Assembly (NCBI GenBank): GCA_035353055.1 | Contig: DAOPYW010000001.1 | Coordinates: 21,687 to 85,686 of the forward strand | Direction of reading: 5' to 3' | DNA length: 64,000 bases | Origin: Bacilli bacterium | Lineage (GTDB): Bacteria; Bacillota_I; Bacilli_A; RFN20; CAG-826 | Shown: one piece after another, positions 36,160 to 45,983 of the stretch | Layout: every line of letters starts with the position of its first letter | Numbering within the stretch: the stretch's first letter is position 1 | Translations under genes and position numbers: made by a program | The notes under the pieces: model-generated | Told to the model about the DNA's origin: nothing | The model's input: the letters and a program-made list of their open reading frames with translations, nothing else | Databases searched by the model: none

Positions 36160-38754
36160 TTAGGAAAGTTTTTCTTTCTTGTCTAAGAGAGACTGGAGAT
36201 TTTCTCGGTGCTTATTTAACTTACTTTTTTCTAATTCAATTTTCTCTTGCGGAGCTTTGCTGAGGAAGTTGGCGTTGGTGAGCATTTTCTCAGCGCGAGC
36301 GATTTCGCTTACAGCTTCGAGAATTTCCTTGTTGATGCGAGCGATGATTTCATCGCGCCCTGCTTCATTATTGATCAGCATGTCACCATGGTCGTAAATC
36401 TTTAACTCGCCACGCCTTGAGATGATATCTTCGCCGATGACTTTGACATCGCTAAAGGTGAATCGCTTTAGATAGGTAAAGAAGTTATCAAATACCGCGA
36501 TTTTTAAGTTGATGAATAAAGTGAGATTGGCGTTTGGTGCGAGCTTATTTTCAATCTTGTAATTGCGAGCATCTCTGATCATCGAGAACAGCATATTCAC
36601 TTCATCATTGACGCTGCTATCAATCAAATTTTCTTCGACTAATGGATAGCTTTCTTCCATCACTGATGGGAGATGTCCGGGTAAAGAAAGATATAATTCT
36701 TCGGCGATAAATGGAGTGTATGGGTAGATTAAAAGGATGATTGATTTCAAACACTTAAAGAGGATTTGATGAGTGGTTTTAACGCTCGCTTCATCATTCG
36801 ATGATAAGGAGACTTTGCTCATTTCAAGATACTGAGAGCAGAAATCATCGTAGACAAAGTTATAGAGGTGGCTACTCGCCGCATTGAAATCGTATTTTTC
36901 CATGTTGGTCGTCACCTTTTCAATCGTGTCTTCTAAGCGGTTGATGATCCATTGATCAAGCGGTGAAAGCGCTAAATGTTTGATATTAATCGCAGAGAAA
37001 TCTTCTGGCAACACGCTCAAGACATAGCGAGCGGAATTCCAAATTTTGTTGAGATAGTTGGCGGCAGAAGCAACCTTTTCTTCGATATATCTCATATCTT
37101 GTCCGGGGGTGCTGTTGGTCGTCAAGAAATAACGGAGAGCATCAGCGCCATATTTCTCGGCTTCCTGAATTGGGTCGACACCATTGCCTAGTGTCTTGCT
37201 CATCTTTCTTCCTAAATTGTCGCGGACTAATCCGTGGATCACTGCCTCCTTAAAAGGAGCGCGATGAGTGAGTTCCAATGATTGGAAAATCATGCGGCTG
37301 ACCCAGAAGAAAATAATATCGTAGCCTGTCACGAGAACATTCGTGGGGAAATAGCGTTTAAAATCAGGAGTCATATCCGGCCATCCAAAAGTCGAGAAAG
37401 GCCATAAGGCGCTGGAGAACCAGGTATCGAGAACATCGGAGTCTTGAATCCAATTTTCCATATCTTTAGGAGCATCAACGCTGACTAATAGCTCTCCGGT
37501 TTGTTTGTTGGTGTAAGCGGGAATGCGATGCCCCCACCATAGCTGGCGGGAAATGCACCAGTCTTCGACTTTCTCCATCCACTGGATGAAGATCTTCTCA
37601 AATCTATCAGGGATAAAATTGACTTTTTGATCGGAGTTTTGATTCGCAAGAGCTTGCTCAGCGAGAGGCTTCATTCTCACAAACCACTGCTTAGAGAGCA
37701 TCGGTTCCACGACCGCGTTGCTTCTCTCACTGTGGCCGACTGGATGAATCATGTCTTCAATCTTGACAAAATTGCCATCCTTTTTAATTTGTTTAAGCAA
37801 GCTCTCGCGGCAGACAAATCGATCTTGCCCTTCATAGGGACCACAGAGATGATTCATCGTCGCATTCTTATTAAAGATAATAGGTTTTTCTAAATGATAT
37901 TTTTCGCCGATTACGAAATCGTTGGGGTCGTGAGCAGGAGTGCATTTCATCGCTCCCGTGCCAAAGCTGGTATCGACATACTCATCAGCGATGATAGGAA
38001 TGGCTTGATTGTTGGCGGGATTAATAACCTTCAGGCCGATATATTTTTGATAGCGTTTATCGGCTGGATTGACCACGACGCACACATCGCCAAACATCGT
38101 CTCTGGACGAGTGGTAGCGATGATCAAAGATTCTTTGGTGCCAATGATAGGATATTTGAAGTAGTACATTTTGCCTGGATCATCTTGGTGAATGACTTCG
38201 ATATTGCTCAAGGCCGTCATCTGGACTGGATCCCAGTTAATGATGCGCTCACCCTGATAGATGAGGCCGCGATTATAGAGATCGACAAATACTTTTCTTA
38301 CCGCGGCGTTCAGCCTTTCATCAAGGGTGAATCTCTCGCGGGAATAGTCGAGTGATAATCCGAGAATCTTCCATTGTTCATGAATGGAATTCGCGTATTC
38401 ATCTTTCCACTTCCACGCCCACTTTAAAAACTCTTCGCGAGTGATTTTTGTCACGTCAATGCCCGATTTTACGAGCTTTTCCATCACTTTGGCTTGGGTG
38501 GCGATGCCGGCGTGGTCCATGCCTGGCAAATAGCACACATCAAAACCTTTCATTCTCTTGTAGCGAGCGATGATATCTTGAATGGTCGTATCCCATGCGT
38601 GGCCAATATGTAATTTGCCTGTGACGTTTGGAGGCGGAATAACAATTGAGAACGGAACCTTTTTAGGGTCTCCAGCATGAAAATAGCCACCGTCTTTCCA
38701 GCGGTCGTATTTCCCTTCTTCTACAGCGCGATGATCATAGCGTTTGTCTAGCAT
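36160..38754 (-). CDS. valS: Valine--tRNA ligase
   Basis: The HIGH motif (KLHIGHAWD), the KMSKS motif (RKMSKTLGN) and a C-terminal coiled coil are present. It is 864 aa. Confidence 0.95.
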   Translation of the reverse strand: MLDKRYDHRAVEEGKYDRWKDGGYFHAGDPKKVPFSIVIPPPNVTGKLHIGHAWDTTIQDIIARYKRMKGFDVCYLPGMDHAGIATQAKVMEKLVKSGIDVTKITREEFLKWAWKWKDEYANSIHEQWKILGLSLDYSRERFTLDERLNAAVRKVFVDLYNRGLIYQGERIINWDPVQMTALSNIEVIHQDDPGKMYYFKYPIIGTKESLIIATTRPETMFGDVCVVVNPADKRYQKYIGLKVINPANNQAIPIIADEYVDTSFGTGAMKCTPAHDPNDFVIGEKYHLEKPIIFNKNATMNHLCGPYEGQDRFVCRESLLKQIKKDGNFVKIEDMIHPVGHSERSNAVVEPMLSKQWFVRMKPLAEQALANQNSDQKVNFIPDRFEKIFIQWMEKVEDWCISRQLWWGHRIPAYTNKQTGELLVSVDAPKDMENWIQDSDVLDTWFSSALWPFSTFGWPDMTPDFKRYFPTNVLVTGYDIIFFWVSRMIFQSLELTHRAPFKEAVIHGLVRDNLGRKMSKTLGNGVDPIQEAEKYGADALRYFLTTNSTPGQDMRYIEEKVASAANYLNKIWNSARYVLSVLPEDFSAINIKHLALSPLDQWIINRLEDTIEKVTTNMEKYDFNAASSHLYNFVYDDFCSQYLEMSKVSLSSNDEASVKTTHQILFKCLKSIILLIYPYTPFIAEELYLSLPGHLPSVMEESYPLVEENLIDSSVNDEVNMLFSMIRDARNYKIENKLAPNANLTLFINLKIAVFDNFFTYLKRFTFSDVKVIGEDIISRRGELKIYDHGDMLINNEAGRDEIIARINKEILEAVSEIARAEKMLTNANFLSKAPQEKIELEKSKLNKHRENLQSLLDKKEKLS

Positions 38755-38985
38755 ATGCTACCTCCGGGACGTAAAATAAAACGCCCTTATCTAAGGACGC
38801 TCATGGCGCGGTACCACCTTAGTTCATCTTTCGATGCACTTCATTAACCTATTTTCGCTAGGCAGCTATCTCTCAGAAGCGACCTTCTCTCATTCTCCTT
38901 ATCGAGCTTCCACCGTCCTCGATTCTCTATATAGGAAGAATAAGGTACTCCTCTTCTTCAACGAGCTATGTATTAAGTCTAGTAT
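38755..38985 (-). promoter_or_regulatory. T-box riboswitch leader of valS
   Basis: On the minus strand the conserved T-box sequence AACTAAGGTGGTACCGCG sits at 38806-38823. A terminator hairpin (CGTCCTTA…TAAGGGCG) plus TTTTATTTT lies immediately before the valS RBS. Confidence 0.8.
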
Positions 38986-38987
38986 AA

Positions 38988-39566
38988 CTAAATAACCTTT
39001 TCAATAGCGGCTTTCAAACTTTCGAAGAGCCTCGGATGTAAGGAACTGGTATAGAAAAGCCGTTCCTCTTCGATATTCATATCCCTTAAATGCTTGACCA
39101 GCGCGTATTTTTCTTTTTGATTAACCTTATCGACTTTCGTGATGACGATGAAATATGGCAGATGGTTATTGATCAGATAAGAGATGATCTCCAAGTCGTT
39201 AACATTCATCTCGCGGCGAGAGTCTAAGAGGACTAAGACTAATTTCAGCCTTTGACAATGGACGAAATAATCTTCCATCATCTTGCCGAAGAGAGCATCT
39301 AAGTCGATGCCACCACGGGCATAGCCATAGCCTGGAGCATCCACCAGATAGAATTTATCATCAATTAGATAATAGTTGAGCAATCGAGTGTGCCCAGGTT
39401 TAGAGGAAGTATAAGCTAGCCTTCTCTTTTGGCAAATCGAGTTAATCAGCGTCGATTTTCCCACGTTACTTTTGCCGACAATCAAAACTTCGGGAAATGA
39501 TCCTTCCGGCGCCTCGGAATAATTCGGGGCGGATTTGACAAAAGCAACGTTGAGAAAATTAATCAT
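38988..39566 (-). CDS. engB: Ribosome-biogenesis GTPase YsxC/EngB
   Basis: The P-loop GKSNVGKSTLIN is present. It is 192 aa and lies downstream of lon as in B. subtilis. Confidence 0.85.
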   Translation of the reverse strand: MINFLNVAFVKSAPNYSEAPEGSFPEVLIVGKSNVGKSTLINSICQKRRLAYTSSKPGHTRLLNYYLIDDKFYLVDAPGYGYARGGIDLDALFGKMMEDYFVHCQRLKLVLVLLDSRREMNVNDLEIISYLINNHLPYFIVITKVDKVNQKEKYALVKHLRDMNIEEERLFYTSSLHPRLFESLKAAIEKVI

Positions 39567-41894
39567 TTACTTTAATAATGCCACCTTAACGGCGTCTTCG
39601 ACCGTGGACATATAGAGAATGTGCAGGGACTGTTTCACTTCTTTAGGGAGTTCGTCGACATCCTTTTTATTGTTCTTTGGAACAATGATGGTCTGAATAC
39701 CCGAGCGCAAAGCAGCGAGAGACTTCTCTCTTAAGCCACCGATTGGCAGAGCGTTGCCGCGAAGGGTCACTTCGCCAGTCATCGCTAAGTTCGGATCGAC
39801 TGGGCGCTTGGATAAGCAAGAGATGATCGCGGTAGTAATGGCAATGCCAGCGCTAGGGCCATCTTTTGGAACCGCTCCCTCCGGAACGTGAATGTGGATG
39901 TCTAAATCGTTGAAAATATCGTATTTAATGCCGTAAGTTTCAGCATTGGCTTTGACATAGTCTAAAGCGATGGAGGCGCTCTCCTTCATCACATCGCCGA
40001 GATGGCCAGTGAGAATTAAAGCTCCTTTGCCTTTGAAATTATTGACTTCAATCGGAAGGATGTCACCACCATATTCGGTATAAGCCAAGCCAGTGACGAC
40101 ACCGACTTGGGGTTCTTTTTCCTTCTTGCTGTCTTCAAAAATCGGTGTGCCCAAGTATTTGCGAGCTTGTTCAACATCAATTTTCACAGAACCGATGGCG
40201 GAATCTTTGACGATAGCGACCGCCACTTTTCGGAGGCAAGAAGCAATCTTTCTCTCGAGTTCGCGGACGCCCGCTTCGCGAGTGTAGCTGCGGATGATGT
40301 CCTGAATGGCTTCCTCAGTGAAAGAGGCTTGCTCAGGTTTGAGACCATTGATAGCAATCTGCTTTTTGATCAGATGGCGCTGAGCGATCTGAACTTTTTC
40401 TAATTCGGTATAGGAAGAGAGCTGAATGAGCTCCAGACGATCTCTTAAAGGACCAGGAATTTGATCGAGGTAGTTAGCGGTGCAGATAAATAAGACATCG
40501 CTCAAATCGTATGGCTCTTCCAAATAGTTGTCGTTGAAGACGTTGTTTTGTTCGGGATCTAGCACCTCTAATAGAGCGCTGGCTGGGTCGCCTTTATAGG
40601 AGCTCGCGACCTTATCGACTTCGTCGAGCAGGAAAACGGGGTTAGTGACACCGGCTTTGCGCATGCCTTGAATAATGCGTCCAGGCATCGAGCCGACATA
40701 GGTGCGGCGGTGACCGCGGATTTCCGCTTCATCGCTGATCCCACCGAGGGAGGCTTTGAAGAATTTGCGGCCTAAAGCTCTGGCAATAGACTTGCCAAGA
40801 GAGGTCTTGCCGGTTCCGGGAGGCCCATAGAAGCAGAGGATTGGCGATTTTAAGTTGCCAGTTAATCGCTTAACCGCTAAGTATTCGACAATGCGCTTTT
40901 TGGGCTCTTCGAGACCATAGTGATCTTCATCGAGAATGCGCTCGACATTCTTTAAATCGTTGTTATCTTCGGTTTTTTGCCACCAAGGAACATTCATGAG
41001 AATGTCGAGGTAGCTCTGAATCAAGGCGCCTTCCAATGAGCCCGAAGGCATCATATCAAAGCGCTTTAATTCGCTTTTTACTTTAGCTTTGACAAATTCA
41101 GGATAAGGATTGCTCTCGAGGCGCTCTAAAATAGTGTCGGGATCATTAGCCTTGTCCGAATCTTCGCCAAGCTCTTTTTTAATGGCTTTTAATTTTTCGC
41201 GCAGGAAGTATTCTTTCTGCGATTTTTCCGCTGATTCTCTCACCTGCTCAGAGATCTCTCTTTCGATTTCTGATCTCTGATTCTCACCATTTAATAAAAC
41301 GGTGATTAAAGTCATGAGAATCTCGGCGTTGTTTGCCTCAAGAATCTCTTGCTTTTTTGCGACTGGAGCTTCTAAAAAGCCTGCCAATGCATAGCATAAA
41401 GATGCCGCATCTTCAGCTTTGGAGATGAGGTTGGCCACGTTGCGAGGCATCTGCGAGACGATGTTAGGCATCGAATCGAGAATCTTGCTGATGGCGACAA
41501 TAATAGCTTTGTTCTTCTCTTCGCTCACAGGTTTCAATTCTAAAATTGATCCTTGCGAGACGTAGTAGTTCCCTTGGCTCTCAAGGGCGATGTTGTCCAG
41601 CTGGACTCTTTCCACCACTTCGACGCGCACTCTCTGATGGCCTTCTCTTTCCGAATTGGAAATGATGTGGCAAAGAGTGCCGATGCGATAGACATCGTTC
41701 TCCGTGGGGTTTTCAACGTCGATGTCGCTTTGGCTGGTGACGAAAACTAACGAGTTAGTTTCGTTTCTGGCCGCGTTGATCGCGTTGATTGAAAATTCTC
41801 TCCCTGCCTCAATCAATTGTTGATTGCCTGGAAAAATGACGAGGGAACGAGTAATCAGTAAAGGGAGAGTTAGTGTTTGGTTTTTATCCACCAT
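39567..41894 (-). CDS. lon: ATP-dependent protease Lon (LonA)
   Basis: An N-terminal LON domain, the AAA+ Walker A GPPGTGKTSLG and a C-terminal protease with the Ser-Lys dyad (DGPSAGIAI) are present. Confidence 0.9.
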   Translation of the reverse strand: MVDKNQTLTLPLLITRSLVIFPGNQQLIEAGREFSINAINAARNETNSLVFVTSQSDIDVENPTENDVYRIGTLCHIISNSEREGHQRVRVEVVERVQLDNIALESQGNYYVSQGSILELKPVSEEKNKAIIVAISKILDSMPNIVSQMPRNVANLISKAEDAASLCYALAGFLEAPVAKKQEILEANNAEILMTLITVLLNGENQRSEIEREISEQVRESAEKSQKEYFLREKLKAIKKELGEDSDKANDPDTILERLESNPYPEFVKAKVKSELKRFDMMPSGSLEGALIQSYLDILMNVPWWQKTEDNNDLKNVERILDEDHYGLEEPKKRIVEYLAVKRLTGNLKSPILCFYGPPGTGKTSLGKSIARALGRKFFKASLGGISDEAEIRGHRRTYVGSMPGRIIQGMRKAGVTNPVFLLDEVDKVASSYKGDPASALLEVLDPEQNNVFNDNYLEEPYDLSDVLFICTANYLDQIPGPLRDRLELIQLSSYTELEKVQIAQRHLIKKQIAINGLKPEQASFTEEAIQDIIRSYTREAGVRELERKIASCLRKVAVAIVKDSAIGSVKIDVEQARKYLGTPIFEDSKKEKEPQVGVVTGLAYTEYGGDILPIEVNNFKGKGALILTGHLGDVMKESASIALDYVKANAETYGIKYDIFNDLDIHIHVPEGAVPKDGPSAGIAITTAIISCLSKRPVDPNLAMTGEVTLRGNALPIGGLREKSLAALRSGIQTIIVPKNNKKDVDELPKEVKQSLHILYMSTVEDAVKVALLK

Positions 41895-41928
41895 AACGGT
41901 ATCCTCCTTTCAAGAATTTGGTTATGTG

Positions 41929-43203
41929 TTAGTCGTTTTTAGATAGTAAGAAGTCTTCGACTCTTTGCATTTTCAAGTTGTTGCGGAATTCGCTCTCTTG
42001 TTTTTCGAGAGCTTTCTTGACATCTTCAATCTTCATCTTGTATTGGTCGGCGATTTTCGCGTATTCGAAATCGATTTCTTCTTGAGTGACTTCGACTTTT
42101 TCGACTTTGGCGATCTCTTCCATCACCATGTAGTTAGCGACATCGTGGAGGGACTCTTCTTTTAGTTTAGCAGAAAATTCCTCTTCTTTTTGGCCGACAA
42201 ATTGTAAATATTGCTCTAAAGATAAACCGGATTGTTTGATCTTATTCTCTAAATCTTCTCTGCGAGAGGCGATTTGAGAATCGACGATTTCATCAGGAAT
42301 ATCAATCTTGGAACCCTTGGCAATCGCATCGATCAATTTGCTGAGATAGGTGCGTCTTTCTTCGGCTTCCTTGCTGGCTTTTAATTCGTTCTTTTTGTAG
42401 TCTTTGAACTGAGCGACGGTAGAGACACCACCGATCTTTAATTCGGCGACTAATTCATCGGTGAGCTCGGGAACTTTCTTTTCCTTCACTTCGTGAATAT
42501 CGCAAGCGAAGATCGCTTCTTTGCCTTTTAATTCTTCCATGTAGTTCTCTGGGAAGGTGACTTTGACATCGACGTGCTCACCAGCTTTGTGGCCGACTAA
42601 TTGCTCTTCGAAGCCAGGGATGAAGGAATGGGAGCCTAACTCTAATTCATGGTTAGTGGCTGAGCCGCCTTCGAATGGCTTGCCTTCGATGGTGCCGGCG
42701 AAATCGAGAATGACGGTGTCACCCATCGCGGCTGCACCCTCTTTTAAAGCGAGGCTAGCATTTTGATTTTTGACTGATTCGATGGCGTCTTGTAAGTCTT
42801 TGTCGGTGACTTTGACTTCTTCGTGGCCGATCTTTAAGCCAGTGTAAGCTCCTAATTTGACTTCAGGAGCGGTGACGATGAGGAACTTGAGTTCGAGTTC
42901 GACATCGCTGATTTTGGTGACATCAACCTTTGGTTGGGCGAATGGTTTAACATTGTCGACAGTGATGATATCTTTGTAGATGCCAGGGAGAAGGGCGTTG
43001 ATGGCTTCATCCATGACTTTCATCTGATCAACTTTAGCTTTGATTAAGTGCTCTGGAGCTTTGCCTTTGCGGAATCCATCGACCGTGACGTTGGCGGCGA
43101 TTTTATCAAAAGATTTCTTTTGGGCAGCTTTCCAAGCTTCTTTATCGACGATTACTGAGACTTCGACGTGTGAATGTTCTAATTTTGTTACTTTTCTTTC
43201 CAT
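41929..43203 (-). CDS. tig: Trigger factor
   Basis: The N-terminus MERKVTKLEHSHVEVSV, an FKBP-type PPIase middle domain, and an acidic C-terminus are present. The start is at the ATG with RBS GGAGGAAA. Confidence 0.9.
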   Translation of the reverse strand: MERKVTKLEHSHVEVSVIVDKEAWKAAQKKSFDKIAANVTVDGFRKGKAPEHLIKAKVDQMKVMDEAINALLPGIYKDIITVDNVKPFAQPKVDVTKISDVELELKFLIVTAPEVKLGAYTGLKIGHEEVKVTDKDLQDAIESVKNQNASLALKEGAAAMGDTVILDFAGTIEGKPFEGGSATNHELELGSHSFIPGFEEQLVGHKAGEHVDVKVTFPENYMEELKGKEAIFACDIHEVKEKKVPELTDELVAELKIGGVSTVAQFKDYKKNELKASKEAEERRTYLSKLIDAIAKGSKIDIPDEIVDSQIASRREDLENKIKQSGLSLEQYLQFVGQKEEEFSAKLKEESLHDVANYMVMEEIAKVEKVEVTQEEIDFEYAKIADQYKMKIEDVKKALEKQESEFRNNLKMQRVEDFLLSKND

Positions 43204-43308
43204 GTATATTTCCTCCGAACATGTGCGATATTGATTATAAAGAAATAATTCTTTAATCACAAGAAAAACGCACATAACGTGCTGTTTTGCTTTTTCTGGG
43301 GCTTATAA

Positions 43309-44223
43309 TTAAAAATTATCGAGCGAATTTTTGATCTCGCTGATGAGCGATTTTACTTCGTCGGGGTCGAGATTTTTTTCTTTGCATCTCTCGAGGAGAT
43401 GACCTTTTTCATCGCTGTTTAAATACTCGCTGGCAATTTGGAATAAAGCTTCGACGAGAATAGCGGTTTCAATATTTATTGACTGGGGATAAATGTAGAG
43501 GAGATGAGTGGAGAGAATCGAGACGGCGTTTTCGCTCAACACTGGGTTGCGATAAGCGGAGTCAAGAGCTTTCACTAACTGATTGAAAGAGTCTCCCACG
43601 AAGGGGGGCTCAAGTTCACTAGGATTCACCTTGATCATCTCTCCGATGTGATTGAATGAAAATGAGCGGTCGACTTTCTTTTGGACGAGGAGTAATAACG
43701 CGAGTGACCTAATTGACTGCTTAGGGAATTTGACCATGATGTTTTGGATATAATCCAAGAATTTGTTGATGTCTCTCTCGCGGACGATATCGATGGCCAT
43801 GAGAATAACGTCTGGGTCATCGCTCTCTAGCTTTTTGATTAGCTCCTCATCTTTTATGAAACGCATCGAGGAGTGCTTTCGCTCTTCTAATCTGATCATT
43901 TGTGGCATATCTCTTAAGAGCTCTTCCACTTCTTGGGAGACGTAAGGGCGATTTTTGTAGTATTCGAGAATCGCGTAGGCTTCATCAAAGCGCGTTAGCA
44001 GGCAGAGAATTTCGACATGGGTTTTGATCAATAGGCTCATATGAGATTCGAGAATCTTTTGGTTGCTGGTAATGGAGTTTAAAGCATCCTCTGTTTTTCC
44101 TACAGCGAGCAAAGCCGAAATACGATAGAACAAAGCGTTTGGTTCATCCGCGATTTCCGTGAGTTTGATGACCAAGTCATATTGTCTTTTGTCCATTAAT
44201 GTCTTTAAATTATCCATAGCCAT
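43309..44223 (-). CDS. Alpha-helical TPR-like hypothetical protein (positional equivalent of B. subtilis ysoA, upstream of tig)
   Basis: It is 304 aa and all-helical with repeat-like helix pairs. Its position upstream of tig is conserved. Confidence 0.45.
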   Translation of the reverse strand: MAMDNLKTLMDKRQYDLVIKLTEIADEPNALFYRISALLAVGKTEDALNSITSNQKILESHMSLLIKTHVEILCLLTRFDEAYAILEYYKNRPYVSQEVEELLRDMPQMIRLEERKHSSMRFIKDEELIKKLESDDPDVILMAIDIVRERDINKFLDYIQNIMVKFPKQSIRSLALLLLVQKKVDRSFSFNHIGEMIKVNPSELEPPFVGDSFNQLVKALDSAYRNPVLSENAVSILSTHLLYIYPQSINIETAILVEALFQIASEYLNSDEKGHLLERCKEKNLDPDEVKSLISEIKNSLDNF

Positions 44224-44224
44224 A

Positions 44225-44241
44225 TTAGTAGTTTATTAGTA
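44225..44241 (+). repeat. Two TTAGTAG repeats at 11-bp spacing abutting the start of the ysoA-like gene
   Basis: ATATTAGTAGTTTATTAGTAGTTTTTTG; TTAGTA occurs at 44225 and 44236. Confidence 0.6.
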
Positions 44242-44447
44242 GTTTTTTGTGTTTCCTTAACTTTGTTAATGTCATGTAGGTTATAGATTTTTCGATTCTC
44301 TTTTAAACAGCCAAATTTTATCTGACCAGGAAGAAGAATAACCAATCTGTTTTTCCTAACGCTTATTATACTGCATCTCCAACTTCTCACCAACAATTTG
44401 CGATATTTTTTGTTCTCTATTTCCAAGATTTGACTATAATAGTTACG

Positions 44448-45086
44448 ATGATTAGAAAAGACATTCAAACCTTTATCCAAACAATCCCGTCAGAGATCAC
44501 TATCGTCGCGGCAACAAAGTATGTTGAAGCGGATGATATGCTGGCTCTTTTCAATAGCGGCATTACTAACTTTGGCGAAAACCGCGTCGATGACTTCCTG
44601 AGAAAATATGAATCATTAAAACAATATCCCATCTCCTGGCACTTCATCGGCCATCTTCAAAGGAACAAAGCTCATAAGGTAATCAATAAAATTGATTATT
44701 TGCATTCGCTTGATTCGCTATTGCTCGCCGAAGATATCGAGAAAAGCCGTGGCACTCCTCTATCTTGTTTCGTTGAGGTTTCAGTCAATCATGAAGAAAA
44801 TAAAAACGGCGTCCCTTATGAAGAGGTGACCGAATTCATCAAAAGCCTATTGAAGTTTTCCAAAGTCAAAGTGGTCGGCCTGATGATGATGGCCATCCAA
44901 GCGAGCGATGAGAACTCTCTAGCCCATCAATTTGGAAAATTGAGGGCTCTACGCGATGATTTAGAAAAAGAGCTCAATATTTCTCTTCCCTACCTATCGA
45001 TGGGTATGAGCGAGGATTATCTCGAAGCTATCAAGCAAGGGGCGACTCACATTCGCCTCGGTCGCATATTATTCGAAAAGCTGTAA
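44448..45086 (+). CDS. yggS: YggS-family pyridoxal-phosphate homeostasis protein
   Basis: The PLP-binding TIVAATKYV and the C-terminal HIRLGRILF are present. A TATAAT lies 7 nt upstream of the ATG and there is no SD, so the mRNA is probably leaderless. The track start at 44430 is a TTG inside the promoter. Confidence 0.8.
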   Translation: MIRKDIQTFIQTIPSEITIVAATKYVEADDMLALFNSGITNFGENRVDDFLRKYESLKQYPISWHFIGHLQRNKAHKVINKIDYLHSLDSLLLAEDIEKSRGTPLSCFVEVSVNHEENKNGVPYEEVTEFIKSLLKFSKVKVVGLMMMAIQASDENSLAHQFGKLRALRDDLEKELNISLPYLSMGMSEDYLEAIKQGATHIRLGRILFEKL

Positions 45087-45118
45087 AAAAGTAAGATGGT
45101 CGCCCATCTTACTTTTTA
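45085..45118. terminator. Bidirectional rho-independent terminator between convergent yggS and aguB
   Basis: The perfect hairpin AGTAAGATGG-TCGC-CCATCTTACT is flanked by an A-run and a T-run. Confidence 0.7.
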
Positions 45119-45983
45119 TGATTGTCAGTTACTGACAATTTTAATATGTCTTTGTAGAGGTCTACGCGGCGATCGCGGAAGACTCCCCAGCCTTCTCTTT
45201 CTTCGCTGATCTTCTTTAAATCAAACTCCACGACGCGGAAGCCGGTGGATTCGCGGTCCATCTCTTCGACGACGTTGCCATATTCATCGGAGATGAAGGA
45301 AGAGCCAAAGAAGGTCATGCTTGAGCCATCTTGCTCTTCAATTCCGACGCGGTTAGAAGCGATGACGGGAATGATATTCGCTGCCGCATGTCCACACATG
45401 ACGTTTTGCCAATGCGCTTTGCTGTCTTTAGGAAGGACAGGCTCACTGCCGATGGCAGTGGGATATAGCAAAATCTCCGCTCCTTTGAGAGCCATGATAC
45501 GCGCGGCTTCGGGGAACCATTGATCCCAGCAGATGCCGACACCTAAAATGCCATACTTTGTTTTAAAGGTTTTAAAGCCAGTATCACCGGGAGTGAAATA
45601 GAATTTTTCTTCGTAGCACTGGCCGGTGGGAATGTGCGATTTGCGATATAAGTCTACGACTTTGCCATCAGCATCGATGACTGCGAGGGAATTGAAGTAA
45701 CAATTGCCCGCTTTTTCAAAGAATGAAATGGGCAGGACGACATCGTATTTTTTAGCCATCTCTTGATAATGCTTGATCAAAGGAGAATCTTCGGCGGATT
45801 GCGCTAAAGCAAAATGATTGTAGTTTTCGGTCTGGCAGAAATAAGGGGCTTGAAATAGCTCGGGGAGAAGGATGATATTGGCACCTTTTTGACTGGCTAA
45901 GGCAATCAGAGCATCAGCTTGCTGAATGTTTTGCTCTAGTTGCCAAGACATCGACATCTGAGTGCAGCACACTTTAACTTTCA
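45109..45983 (-). CDS. aguB: N-carbamoylputrescine amidase (carbon-nitrogen hydrolase family)
   Basis: The nitrilase-superfamily triad context (…LLPELF…, …GICWDQWFPE…) is present. The start ATG has RBS AAAGGAG. Its first 10 nt overlap the speA-aguA 3' end. Confidence 0.75.
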
